In this document: positions 50,270 through 60,341 of the stretch, in pieces
Layout of the letters: each line of letters begins with the position of its first letter
Numbering within the stretch: position 1 is the first letter of the stretch
DNA from: an uncultured bacterium
GTDB taxonomy: Bacteria; Babelota; Babeliae; Babelales; Vermiphilaceae
DNA length: 64,000 nucleotides
Assembly (NCBI GenBank): GCA_963840685.1
Contig: CAWIZM010000001.1
Location: 752,286 to 816,285, forward strand
Reading direction: 5' to 3'
Translations under genes and position numbers: made by a program
Notes under the pieces: model-generated
What the model was told of the DNA's origin: nothing
The model's database searches: none
The model's input: the letters and a program-made list of their open reading frames with translations, nothing else

Positions 50270-52839
50270 GATGCTGCCTCCACGGTGTCAGCTGATATAT
50301 AATCACGTAGGGATGACCGTGTTCGTTCTTTTTTCTTCAGCTGTGCATGCATTATTGGGTTGTCAGAAGGCATGGCGTTATCTGTTGCTAATGAGCCATT
50401 CTGAGCATTATTTCCTTGCGATGGTTGCTTTGGTCCAGGAGCCATTACAGGACTGAGTTTTTCTTTTTTGCTTACATGACGTTCAAACAAGAATTTTTCA
50501 ATAACTTGCTCAGTCGAGGTGTCAGACGGCTTAAAGAATGAGCGATAGACCGGATCACGTTCATCATGCGGGTTGAGCGTAGCAGCTAAATCCTCTTGAT
50601 ATTCTGCAATGCGTTCTTTGGTGAAAGGTTGTTCCTGCATTGCTTTTTCAGGCCGTACAATTTGAGATGAAATGAGTATCAAGAGATTTGATTTTATGGT
50701 TGTTTTTGTCTTGTTTTTAAATAGCCAACCTATGACCGGTATATCACCCAAAAAGGGCACTTTTGTTACCACATCGGTAATATTGTTTTGGATCAGCCCG
50801 CCAAGCGCAAGTACTTCCTTGTCAGCGACAATGGCAAAGGTATTGACGTCTTCTATCGATGTATTCGCTGTTGAACCGGCAGTAGTTGTAGTAAATCGTT
50901 CGATATGCACATTGATATCCAAAATGATCATGCCATCAGAATTAATCTGTGGTTTAATGGTTACTTTTAGATCTGCTTTTTGTGGTGTATTTGATGTAGT
51001 TTGTGGTTGATTAGGGTTGCCACCAGTAGTAATCGTACCATTTATTACACGACGTGTTTGACCTACTGATACTGATGCTTCACTTTTATTGGTGGCTACT
51101 AAAAATGGATTGGAGACTATTTGCGTATTGGTGATAGTTTCCAAGAGTGCGAATACTCCCCATACACCAAAGAGATCTTGCCCCAAGGTAAGCACCGTAC
51201 TACCAACCGTAGCGGAGGTTGCTAAACTTATAAGATTACCAAGTAGCGTGGTGGCTCCGACACCGCTTGGATTGGTAACGATTCCTTGGCCAAATAAACC
51301 AGATGTTTGAAAATTGATATTTTTACCCAACAGGTTATCCGCACAGCCGGTTGTTTTGCTTCTCAATTGAGTGCCCAGTGATTTATTGTTATCTAATTGG
51401 AGCTCGAGTATGAGTACTTCTATGGCAATTTGTGGCTGAGCGACGTCAAGCTTATCAATAATTTCTTTGGCAGCCATATAATCTTCATAACCACCTTTGA
51501 TAATCACTTGATTAGTTTCTTCTTCTGGTGTAAATGTTATCGGTTTTAAGTATTTATCCTCTCCGCGTACGCCGCCACTTGTTTCTACGCCGGGAGTTCT
51601 TTCACCTAATTTGGTTGTCTCATTCATAATTGCTGCTATGGTCTTTGCATCCGCATATTTAAGTTTATATATATTCAATGGTGAGTACGGTTGTTCTAAA
51701 TCGATATCAATATTTTTAATAATAAAATCTTCTATTTTCTGAATAGCATCCCGCTGGCCAAGTAATATCAGTGAATTGGTACGTTTTTCCGCGATAATTT
51801 TAGTGTTTTCAGGAAAATAAAGTGATGTTGGCGCTTTGCGTGGCCCCATCATACGTGGTTGTTCTGCTGGTTTTGTCAGTGAATCATATAAGTCTGCAAC
51901 GTCTTTAGCATTGGCTTGCCGTAATTTCAATACTGACATAGCTTGAGGCATAGACACTTTATCAAGCTCTTTCACAATCTTCATAAGCGATTTAATATTA
52001 TATGATCTGTCGGTGATCAAAAGCGCTTTACTTTCAGGAAGACCAATAGCAGGTGCGCTTGCTGTTTTAAGTGCGGTAACAATTGGCACGAGCGTGGTCA
52101 GATCGCTATTTTCAATAAAGTACATGAAGCGAATAATTTCATCACTGTCAGGTAGCTCGTCTATGCTGGTACCAATGAAAGTGCGCAAAGTGGATTGATA
52201 AGCATCTTTGGTAGGTTTAATGCGATACATGTGTGGCGTTGCTTGTTGTACCAGGGTAAATCCAGACACATCCAAGAATGTGATAAAAAGGTTCCATGCT
52301 TCTTGTTTCGTTAATGGATCGTTTGTTTTGAAGGTGATTTTGTTGCCTTTAATGGCGATTGTATTTTTTGGTAAAGGATCAATGGCATCGTCGGTAATGA
52401 AGGTGACATCAAAGATAGCTTCAATTTGTTGAATTAAATTTTGCAGCGACGCTCCCTCAAAATTAAATTCTATCGTCGGCTCTTCTTCTTTTTTTGTTTC
52501 AACAGGTTTGGGCCCTGGTGCCTCTTGTTGCAGTTCTATGGGCAGCGCATATTTATCTTCATCAAAAATAGATTGTGTATTTGGGGCTTGAGCAGCGGTT
52601 TGCGCATCAGTGGATTCCACTTGTGCATCACTGACATCCATGAGCTGTTTTAAATCAGTAATTTTTGATTTTCTTGCTGCGAGTTTCTGCTCAGTTTTTG
52701 TATGTTCTTGTTTTTGTGCAAGTTCTTTGCGGCGACGGCGACGCGTAAGCCATGATGCATCCACGACGGTATCCATCAACAGTAGGCAACTAACTAACAA
52801 TAATGGTGTCCATTGCAATCTATTTTTATTATTCATCAT
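50266..52839 (-). CDS. gspD: Type II secretion/type IV pilus secretin
   Basis: N0-N1-N2-N3 then secretin domain (VPFLGDIPVIGWLFKNKTK), 857 aa, signal peptide. Confidence 0.85.
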   Translation of the reverse strand: MMNNKNRLQWTPLLLVSCLLLMDTVVDASWLTRRRRRKELAQKQEHTKTEQKLAARKSKITDLKQLMDVSDAQVESTDAQTAAQAPNTQSIFDEDKYALPIELQQEAPGPKPVETKKEEEPTIEFNFEGASLQNLIQQIEAIFDVTFITDDAIDPLPKNTIAIKGNKITFKTNDPLTKQEAWNLFITFLDVSGFTLVQQATPHMYRIKPTKDAYQSTLRTFIGTSIDELPDSDEIIRFMYFIENSDLTTLVPIVTALKTASAPAIGLPESKALLITDRSYNIKSLMKIVKELDKVSMPQAMSVLKLRQANAKDVADLYDSLTKPAEQPRMMGPRKAPTSLYFPENTKIIAEKRTNSLILLGQRDAIQKIEDFIIKNIDIDLEQPYSPLNIYKLKYADAKTIAAIMNETTKLGERTPGVETSGGVRGEDKYLKPITFTPEEETNQVIIKGGYEDYMAAKEIIDKLDVAQPQIAIEVLILELQLDNNKSLGTQLRSKTTGCADNLLGKNINFQTSGLFGQGIVTNPSGVGATTLLGNLISLATSATVGSTVLTLGQDLFGVWGVFALLETITNTQIVSNPFLVATNKSEASVSVGQTRRVINGTITTGGNPNQPQTTSNTPQKADLKVTIKPQINSDGMIILDINVHIERFTTTTAGSTANTSIEDVNTFAIVADKEVLALGGLIQNNITDVVTKVPFLGDIPVIGWLFKNKTKTTIKSNLLILISSQIVRPEKAMQEQPFTKERIAEYQEDLAATLNPHDERDPVYRSFFKPSDTSTEQVIEKFLFERHVSKKEKLSPVMAPGPKQPSQGNNAQNGSLATDNAMPSDNPIMHAQLKKKERTRSSLRDYISADTVEAAS

Positions 52840-53954
52840 GGTTTTTCAATCCCAACTTCTTGTTCAGGTGTTTGGGTTCGTGGCGCTTTGCCCTGTTTTT
52901 GCATAAGCTCTTTTTCATGCATACGAATTTCTTGCATGGTAGGCGCAAATGCATGTTTTTGTTCGAGTATTTTCTGCTTTTTTTGTTCTTCTTCTTGTGC
53001 TGCGAGCGCAATTTTTTGTTGATCACGTTTGCTTGGTTTATTCGATTGCACGGTAAAGAGGAGTTCACTTTCTTCATTGTGTCGCATTAACACTACCTGA
53101 ATTACCCCTTCATCTTGCGTTGCCAAGATATCTTTGTAAATTTTTAAGCGCTCATCAGTGGTGTTTGTTGGTACACCATTAATCGTTTTGATAATATCAC
53201 CCGATTTAAGTCCTAAATAAAAGCCAAGTGATTTGTCTTCTATTTCACCGACACGACATCCAACGCTTTTGCCATCTTTATAGGCAGTGGTGAGCCCTAA
53301 CAGATCGATAAATTGTGCGAGGTTTTTTATCCGTAGTAAAAATTCTGTGGTATTGATAACAAATTGATCTTTTTTAACTTCCTGTATCGCATCTGCCCAA
53401 GAAGCAATGGCAGCATAGGCGGGATCAAGCTGCGCATCTTGTTCGCGCAGATAAAGAACCTCTTGTTGGCCATTCGAACGGAGCAGTATAATTTTATTGC
53501 TGAAAATGCGGATTAATTGTGCATCTTCTACCGCATCGCCGACTTTGTATGTTTTTTCTGCGGTTGTTTTATTGTCTTGTATAATCGCACGATTTTTATC
53601 TTCTTGCGAACTCATGACAAGAATGCCCTTGAGCGTGATGTTGAGTGGATCAATAAACTGTGGTGTAGGGATTGGTGGCACAACGGCTACTTGGGGTTTT
53701 GGTGCGGGAGGCAGCGTGGGTAACGCTTTTTCATGAGGAGAGACTGCTTTTTCTTGATAGGTACCAAAAAGATCATGTTCATATATTTTTTCTATATAAA
53801 TAGGTGGTGTCTCAGTTGATTCCTGAGTTTCCGGTTTTGTTGGTTCTATTTTTGAACGCTTTGGTAGTGGCGCGCTCATAAAATATATGCACAACAAAAC
53901 GAGAAGAAAAATACATAACAGTACGCTATTTGCAATCCAAAAAGGATGTTTCAT
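52836..53954 (-). CDS. GspC-like protein (TM, Pro-rich linker, HR-like domain, PDZ domain, C-terminal coiled coil)
   Basis: PDZ-like GLKSGDIIKTINGVP; N-terminal TM; ATGA overlap with the secretin start. Confidence 0.5.
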   Translation of the reverse strand: MKHPFWIANSVLLCIFLLVLLCIYFMSAPLPKRSKIEPTKPETQESTETPPIYIEKIYEHDLFGTYQEKAVSPHEKALPTLPPAPKPQVAVVPPIPTPQFIDPLNITLKGILVMSSQEDKNRAIIQDNKTTAEKTYKVGDAVEDAQLIRIFSNKIILLRSNGQQEVLYLREQDAQLDPAYAAIASWADAIQEVKKDQFVINTTEFLLRIKNLAQFIDLLGLTTAYKDGKSVGCRVGEIEDKSLGFYLGLKSGDIIKTINGVPTNTTDERLKIYKDILATQDEGVIQVVLMRHNEESELLFTVQSNKPSKRDQQKIALAAQEEEQKKQKILEQKHAFAPTMQEIRMHEKELMQKQGKAPRTQTPEQEVGIEKP

Positions 53955-54088
53955 CCAGACTTCCTCATGCTAAAAAAGACTTTTCTCACAATAACCTCCT
54001 TATCCAATACTTGTCAAGTGAAACTTAGGAATAGGACGCGTGGTAAAACCACCTGAATCGATATTATTATTTTTCTTGTGTTACAACC

Positions 54089-55081
54089 TTATGGCGCGGG
54101 AATCACATTCAATATTTGCGTGACAATTTGGTCAGGGCTAATTCCTTGCGCTTCCGCTTCATAAGTTAATCCAAGACGATGTCGTAATACCGGATGCGCA
54201 ATGCTTTTCACATCATCAGGAGTAACAAAATGACGTTTTTTCAAGAATGCACGTGCCTTTGATGCGTGGAGTAATGCAAGCGTTGCGCGTGGTGATACGC
54301 CATAGTTGATGTAAGATGCAATGTCTTTAAGTTTGTATTCTGCGGGCATACGTGTTGCAAATACAATCGATACAATATAATCGATAATTTTTTCATCGAC
54401 ATACACTGCTTTAACTAATTCTTGTGCTTTAAAAATCGTATCTTTGTTGATTATCTTATGCACCTGATTTACATCGAGAGAGCGTCTTAATAATTCTCGT
54501 TCTTCATGTAAATTTGGATATAGTACCAGTAGTTTAAACAGAAAGCGATCAACTTGTGCTTCAGGTAAGCTATAGGTACCTTCTTGTTCGATAGGGTTTT
54601 GCGTTGCAAACACCAAAAATGGTCGATCAAGTTGGTAGGTAGTTGAACCTATGGTGACTTGTCGTTCTTGCATTGCTTCAAGCAGCGCAGCTTGTACTTT
54701 TGCAGGCGCACGGTTAATTTCATCCGCAAGGACAAGGTTGGCAAAAATTGGTCCCTTTTTTGTTTCAAAGTCTTGTGTTTTTTGATTGTAAATAAGGGTA
54801 CCAATTAAATCTGCTGGTAATAAATCGGGAGTGAATTGAATACGTTGAAAGGTTCCGCCAATTGCATTGGTGAATGCTTTGATCATGGTTGTTTTTGCAA
54901 CGCCAGGAACACCTTCAAGCAGAATATGTCCGTCGCATAGCAGGGCAATGATCATAAAGTTAATGATATCACGCTGTCCAACAATAACTTTGCCAACTTC
55001 TATACTGAGACCATTCAGTCTCTCACTTTCTTCTTTTATTTGTTCTATGACATCCGCTGATGGTGTGTTATTAATCGCCAT
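54089..55081 (-). CDS. MoxR-family AAA+ ATPase
   Basis: GVPGVAKT Walker A, DEINRA Walker B, MoxR C-terminal helical domain. Confidence 0.85.
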   Translation of the reverse strand: MAINNTPSADVIEQIKEESERLNGLSIEVGKVIVGQRDIINFMIIALLCDGHILLEGVPGVAKTTMIKAFTNAIGGTFQRIQFTPDLLPADLIGTLIYNQKTQDFETKKGPIFANLVLADEINRAPAKVQAALLEAMQERQVTIGSTTYQLDRPFLVFATQNPIEQEGTYSLPEAQVDRFLFKLLVLYPNLHEERELLRRSLDVNQVHKIINKDTIFKAQELVKAVYVDEKIIDYIVSIVFATRMPAEYKLKDIASYINYGVSPRATLALLHASKARAFLKKRHFVTPDDVKSIAHPVLRHRLGLTYEAEAQGISPDQIVTQILNVIPAP

Positions 55082-55183
55082 TATTAAACCTTTATCGTTA
55101 AAGGGCTATTTTTCTTAGGTAACAAGAGATAGAAAATACTATAACACAGTGCAGAAAATCTTCAATATATAGCATTCCAAGTA

Positions 55184-55333
55184 GTCGTTGCGAGCTTGCG
55201 AAGCAATCCAGGCTAATCATTTATGCTGTATTGTTAGATGCTGCTGTTAATTTTGATTTAAATTTTTTATTTTTTTGTTAGCTGCTGGTTGGTTTATAGT
55301 TTTTCCTGGATTGCTTCGCAAGCTCGCAACGAC
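55184..55333. repeat. MITE-like element: perfect 29-bp terminal inverted repeats flanking an AT-rich 92-bp core
   Basis: gtcgttgcgagcttgcgaagcaatccagg (55184..55212) is the exact reverse complement of 55305..55333. Confidence 0.75.
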
Positions 55334-55559
55334 GGCGACTAGAGGCTATTTTCTTCGAAATTGTAAGCGTATAATCATAATGCATTGTCAGCACGAACGG
55401 CTTATAATAATGCGTTATGTTTGCTTGCTCCACGCTTGTCAAAATTAGTTGTTTGTGCAACTATACTATCTACTTATCAAACGCACATAAGAACCAAAAT
55501 AAACACATATAAGAATCAAAAAAACGTACATAAGAACCAACATTCGCTAAGGAATTTTT

Positions 55560-56075
55560 ATGATATTATCCGGCAAAGAAATTAAAAATAGATTAAATAA
55601 AGATATTTTTATTGAACCTTTTAATGACGCACAACTCAATCCAAACAGTTACAACTTGCGTCTGCACCATGATTTGCTTGTGTATGATGAGCCATTGCTT
55701 GATTTAAAAAAAGAAAATCGTGTACAGGCAATTACCATTCCAGATGAAGGGCTTGTTTTGGAAACGGGTAAATTATATTTGGGGCGTACGGTGGAATATA
55801 CCAAAACGGAAGCGTTGGTTCCTATGATTGAAGGACGCTCATCAATTGGTAGGCTTGGCTTATTCATCCACATTACTGCTGGCTTTGGAGACGTTGGGTT
55901 CCGTGGTTTCTGGACACTGGAAATGTTTTGTGTACAACCAATTCGCATCTATTCTGGTGTTGAAATTTGCCAGATTTTTTATCACACCATTGAGGGTGAA
56001 TATGTTCATTATGCAAGCAATAAATATCAAAATAATTTAGGTGTTCAGCCAAGCCTTTTATACAAAGAATTCTAG
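55560..56075 (+). CDS. dcd: dCTP deaminase
   Basis: ILSGKEI...NPNSYNLRL, EGRSSIGRLG motifs. Confidence 0.88.
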   Translation: MILSGKEIKNRLNKDIFIEPFNDAQLNPNSYNLRLHHDLLVYDEPLLDLKKENRVQAITIPDEGLVLETGKLYLGRTVEYTKTEALVPMIEGRSSIGRLGLFIHITAGFGDVGFRGFWTLEMFCVQPIRIYSGVEICQIFYHTIEGEYVHYASNKYQNNLGVQPSLLYKEF

Positions 56076-56101
56076 AGTATTATTACGGCGTTAATTGTCC
56101 C

Positions 56102-57238
56102 TTACTTAAGCTGCTTTTGAATTTCATCAAACACAGGGTTAATGTATTTTGTTCTGAGTTCTTGCAATTTAGCCGCATCAATTTGTAACCATGGATACTG
56201 TTCATTTGAGTTAAACATTTTTTTCAAATCTTGGAGTACTTGTTTTCGATCAGCGATCGCATAGGCATCAAGATAGCCTTCTATGAAACTTTTAAAAGCG
56301 AGATCAAACCATTTTTTCAAATCAATACCTTTGATGACATCTTTTCTTGCAGCAGACTCGCTTGTAGAAAAGGGTGCTAAAAATGGTTTTAATATATCAT
56401 CAGAAGGAATTGCTAAGTTATTGAGGAATGCTCTCATGGTTTCATTATCAATGAAGGTGAAGTGACCACCAATTTCATCATAAAAAACATTGAAGCAATG
56501 GAAATCTCCATGAGGAATGGTTTTGCCGATTTTTGCACCAGGAACTGGTTTCATAAACCGTTTATGGAAGTTGGCTAATTCAGTGCCCAGTATTTTGTAT
56601 GCACGCTTAACTCTTTCAGCATTTTGTGGTGTTTGACTATCGCGAAAAGCAGTAACGATCTCACATAACACTTTGCCTTTTGCTGTTGGCATTGCCGCTA
56701 TGTAGTGAAGACCATAACCAGCGGGATAAGAAAAGTAGGCGAATGGCAATGCAATACTTGGGAATCCTTTTGGAGGAACTGCTGGCGCAATGAGTTCTTT
56801 CATGCCAGGATATTTTTCTATTTCCTTAAGACTGAGTGTTTCATCCAATCCATTTCTTGCTTCTTTGATGATGTACATAGATGCTGGCCCAGGGCGACAG
56901 GTTGCGGTCACTTCAAAAAGTTGTATGGTGTTAAAACTACCTTCTAAATCTTTTATGGTTCTTTTCTTTGCTTTTAAACATGTTTCTTTACTGAAATCTT
57001 CATTGAGAAGTTTTTTTTCGCTGTAGGCTTTGGCTAAAAATTTGGGTAATGATTTTTCGGTAAAAGTACCATCTGGTTCAAGTAATGATTTATCAAAGGC
57101 TATCTCCGGCACTACAGCTGCTCCATAGGGATCACCTTTGATCGGTTTTTGTTGCGCAACTAGATTGGGCAATAAGCCAAACATGGCTACACAGAGTAGG
57201 CCTTGCGCTTTTTGTGTGAATGCATGCGTATTCTTCAC
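56102..57238 (-). CDS. Secreted protein with a protein-kinase-like (APH/CotS-type) catalytic signature
   Basis: Signal peptide; HGDFHCFNVFYDEIGGHFTFIDNE resembles the HGDxxxxNxx...IDxE catalytic/Mg-binding loop of kinase-like fold enzymes. Confidence 0.45.
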   Translation of the reverse strand: MKNTHAFTQKAQGLLCVAMFGLLPNLVAQQKPIKGDPYGAAVVPEIAFDKSLLEPDGTFTEKSLPKFLAKAYSEKKLLNEDFSKETCLKAKKRTIKDLEGSFNTIQLFEVTATCRPGPASMYIIKEARNGLDETLSLKEIEKYPGMKELIAPAVPPKGFPSIALPFAYFSYPAGYGLHYIAAMPTAKGKVLCEIVTAFRDSQTPQNAERVKRAYKILGTELANFHKRFMKPVPGAKIGKTIPHGDFHCFNVFYDEIGGHFTFIDNETMRAFLNNLAIPSDDILKPFLAPFSTSESAARKDVIKGIDLKKWFDLAFKSFIEGYLDAYAIADRKQVLQDLKKMFNSNEQYPWLQIDAAKLQELRTKYINPVFDEIQKQLK

Positions 57239-57550
57239 GAGAACTCCTTATTTTTTTGAAACATTAGTGAAATATGACTGTTATCAAAGGTAGGGAATTG
57301 TATTTGCGGATGTCAATTATCTATCGCTTGCTGGGCCTGTTAGGGCCTTGATCTCTTATCCTTCGCCCCTTATAAACGTGAGCAATTATTTGTTTTTTTG
57401 TATATCTCACAGGTGCAAAATTCCAATAGAAAATATTTACAAGCTTTTATGTGTGACCGGTTGTTTTTTCTGTGAAAAGCTTTAATCTTAAAATGATCTA
57501 TAATTATTACGAATAAAAAAACGGTAAATGCTTATTTAAAGGGCGATTTC

Positions 57551-58225
57551 ATGATAAAAAAGAGCTACAAACAAATTTTTGCTTTCTCAATATGTGCCTT
57601 GTTGATGCCTCAGGTATTATACGGTCATACTCAGGTGGTGAATGATATTGAATTGAAAGTAAATGATTGCGCTGATAACCCAGGAGAGGTGCTTGTCTAT
57701 GGCGGTACTTCAATTACAGTAGCACAGTTTCTGCAAAAGGGTATTCATCCCGTTAAATTGAAAATTTCAAACAAAAGTAATGAATCGATCATTATATCCC
57801 CAAAATCAGTGTTCAAAGAGCTAGTAGATGTTGAAAAAGCAGCGCGTATGTTCCATGCTAATAATCAATTGACATCATCGTTACTTTTAGATGCTTGCCT
57901 GGTGACTCTGGGAGTTAATACAGCAACAGTTTGCATAATGCCTCCTATGATTCTTGTAACTTTATTTACTTGCTTCCCTGGTAACATATGTGGTGCAATC
58001 TACTGGTTTTATGTGAGAAGCAAAAATAAACAACTCAACCAAGATTTTATTCGTGCTCTTGCTGAACATAACAAAAATGGTGAATGTATTATTCAACCTG
58101 GGTCATCGGTAACAAAAATCTTATTATTAAAACAAGACAGCAGAATATCACGCTTTACCTTCCGCGTATTTGATGGACAGAATAAACAGTTTGTGGCTTC
58201 TTTTGAAGTTGCGTTAGACCAATAA
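57551..58225 (+). CDS. Membrane protein family member M3 (paralogue of M1/M2)
   Basis: GIHPVKLKISN, two TM helices, C-terminal IIQPGSSVTKILLL...FTFRVFD. Confidence 0.5.
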   Translation: MIKKSYKQIFAFSICALLMPQVLYGHTQVVNDIELKVNDCADNPGEVLVYGGTSITVAQFLQKGIHPVKLKISNKSNESIIISPKSVFKELVDVEKAARMFHANNQLTSSLLLDACLVTLGVNTATVCIMPPMILVTLFTCFPGNICGAIYWFYVRSKNKQLNQDFIRALAEHNKNGECIIQPGSSVTKILLLKQDSRISRFTFRVFDGQNKQFVASFEVALDQ

Positions 58226-58342
58226 ATCATAGTAAATGGTAGGTTTATTAAAAAAGTAATTGTATGCCGATGGGTTGTTAAACTAAAGCTTTAACTTTCG
58301 CTCATTAAATTTTTTGTTGGCGATATAGAAAGTAACTTTTTT

Positions 58343-59119
58343 TTAAACCTCATCCTGAAAATTTGCCAACTCCGTTTGAATAGGCCCCTTTTTAAGCCCA
58401 CGAATAAACTGATAAATATACGGGTTGCCGCAATCCCAAATTGTCTTTGCATCACCAAAATATTCAATCTTGCCATCATTGAGCAGGGCAACTTTGTCCG
58501 CATATTTAAATATTTCTACATCGTGGGAAATAACGACTGAGGTTAATGCAAGTCGCTGTTGCATATCAAACATCAACTCATGAATCACACGGGTGGTGAT
58601 AGGGTCAAGGCCAGTGGTTGGCTCATCATATAAAATTATCTTTGGCTCAGTGACCAACGTGCGTGCAAAACCAACGCGCTTGCGCATGCCGCCAGACAGT
58701 TCTGATGGATACGCATATAATATTTCTTCTTTAAGCCCTACGAGTGCTAATTTTTCTTTGACGATAGGAAGCACGTGTTCTTTGGGTACGCCTTGTTCAA
58801 TCAACGTGATGCCAACATTTTCATACACCGTAAGGGAATCAAGCAATGCTGCAAACTGGAAAACATAGCCACAGGTTTTAAATACATCATTCAGATTATG
58901 TTCTGATACCTTGGTAATATCTTTGCCTTCAATAAGCACTGATCCACACGTGGGTTGCAATAAACCAATAATCTGTTTGAGCAGTACTGATTTGCCTTCG
59001 CCAGAGCGACCAATAATCACGGTCATAAGGCCTTCTGGTATTTCCAGATTGACCCCTTTGGTGATCCATTTATCATCAAATTGTTTCTTTAAATCTATAA
59101 TTTTAATGATTGCTGCCAT
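58343..59119 (-). CDS. mlaF: ABC transporter ATP-binding protein, MlaF-like
   Basis: GRSGEGKS Walker A, LSGGMRKRV signature, ILYDEPTTGLD. Confidence 0.85.
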   Translation of the reverse strand: MAAIIKIIDLKKQFDDKWITKGVNLEIPEGLMTVIIGRSGEGKSVLLKQIIGLLQPTCGSVLIEGKDITKVSEHNLNDVFKTCGYVFQFAALLDSLTVYENVGITLIEQGVPKEHVLPIVKEKLALVGLKEEILYAYPSELSGGMRKRVGFARTLVTEPKIILYDEPTTGLDPITTRVIHELMFDMQQRLALTSVVISHDVEIFKYADKVALLNDGKIEYFGDAKTIWDCGNPYIYQFIRGLKKGPIQTELANFQDEV

Positions 59120-59123
59120 AGCT

Positions 59124-59939
59124 TTATAGATGTTCGAGTAGTTTGGTTAAAAAATAATTGCTCATTAAGATCATAATGGAGCTGAGCACTACGCTTTGTG
59201 TGGTTGCGGTTCCAACACCACGCGCACCGCCCGACGTGTAATAACCTTTGTAGGTGCCTACCCATGATAATAACAAACCAAAGACGATCGATTTAATTAA
59301 ACCGCTCATGATGTCTTTTAATTCTACGTATGATTTAATACTGTGCTGATAATCTTCAGGGCTCAATTCCAGCATGTGCACACAGACAAGATAACCACCA
59401 AGAACGCCAAAGACCATAGAAAATGCGGTCAAGCAGGGTGACATTATGGTGCTTGCTACTATGCGGGGTACAATCAGGTACTGAAAGGGGTCAATTCTGA
59501 GGGTGCGTAAGGCATCAATCTGTTCGGTAATACGCATGGTACCAATTTCTGCGGCAATGGCAGACCCTGCGCGGCCAGTTACCATGAGACCAGTTAATAC
59601 GGGACCAAGTTCACGCACCATGCCGAGTGCAACTACTGCGCCAATAAATTGCTCTCCGCCAACGCGCTGAAAGCCAATGTAGCTTTGGAGTGCAACTACC
59701 ATGCCGGTGAAAAGACCGGTAAGCATGATGATGTTAAACGATTCAACGCCGATAGTATTCATTTGGGCGAATGTTTTATGCAGCTTGAGCTTGGTGGTAA
59801 CGCATGTTTTTAATGCGTGTACAAAGAAGAGCGAAAATCTGCCTAGCATGGTACAGATATGCAGTGTCCGATTGCCTATGAAGTTAATGTAGCGTATAAA
59901 CAAAATCGGACTCTTTGTAGTAAGACTATCGCTATGCAA
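59124..59939 (-). CDS. mlaE: ABC transporter permease, MlaE-like
   Basis: Five TM, adjacent to mlaF, MlaE-length. Confidence 0.75.
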   Translation of the reverse strand: MHSDSLTTKSPILFIRYINFIGNRTLHICTMLGRFSLFFVHALKTCVTTKLKLHKTFAQMNTIGVESFNIIMLTGLFTGMVVALQSYIGFQRVGGEQFIGAVVALGMVRELGPVLTGLMVTGRAGSAIAAEIGTMRITEQIDALRTLRIDPFQYLIVPRIVASTIMSPCLTAFSMVFGVLGGYLVCVHMLELSPEDYQHSIKSYVELKDIMSGLIKSIVFGLLLSWVGTYKGYYTSGGARGVGTATTQSVVLSSIMILMSNYFLTKLLEHL

Positions 59940-59944
59940 AGTAA

Positions 59945-60283
59945 TTATGCGGTAGTTTGCTCTGTTTTAATACCATTGAGTTGAGCAACATATTTAGATG
60001 TTGCAATTTGAGATGATTTCATCAATGCCAACAATAATGAGCCAAAAAGAAATGCAGCGCCAAGGCCCCAGGTTATTTTTTGGAATAGGTCTTGACCGCC
60101 AGAACCACCAAAAAGCATTTGTGTGCCGCCACCAAATGCACCAAGTCCCATACTACCTTTACCTTTTTGAATGAGGATAAGAAGAACTAAAAGAACGCAT
60201 ATAAAAATATACACGCTGACAAGAAGGCCATATACAATTGACATGTAATACTCCGTTTTATGCTGTACATCGTAGTTTATCAT
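59945..60283 (-). CDS. secG: Preprotein translocase subunit SecG
   Basis: Two TM with a Gly-rich loop GLGAFGGGTQMLFGGSGGQ. Confidence 0.7.
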   Translation of the reverse strand: MINYDVQHKTEYYMSIVYGLLVSVYIFICVLLVLLILIQKGKGSMGLGAFGGGTQMLFGGSGGQDLFQKITWGLGAAFLFGSLLLALMKSSQIATSKYVAQLNGIKTEQTTA

Positions 60284-60341
60284 CTTAGATATGTTGGATG
60301 ATCTGATGCACTGCTTGGTTTAATAGGTTGAATATATATAT

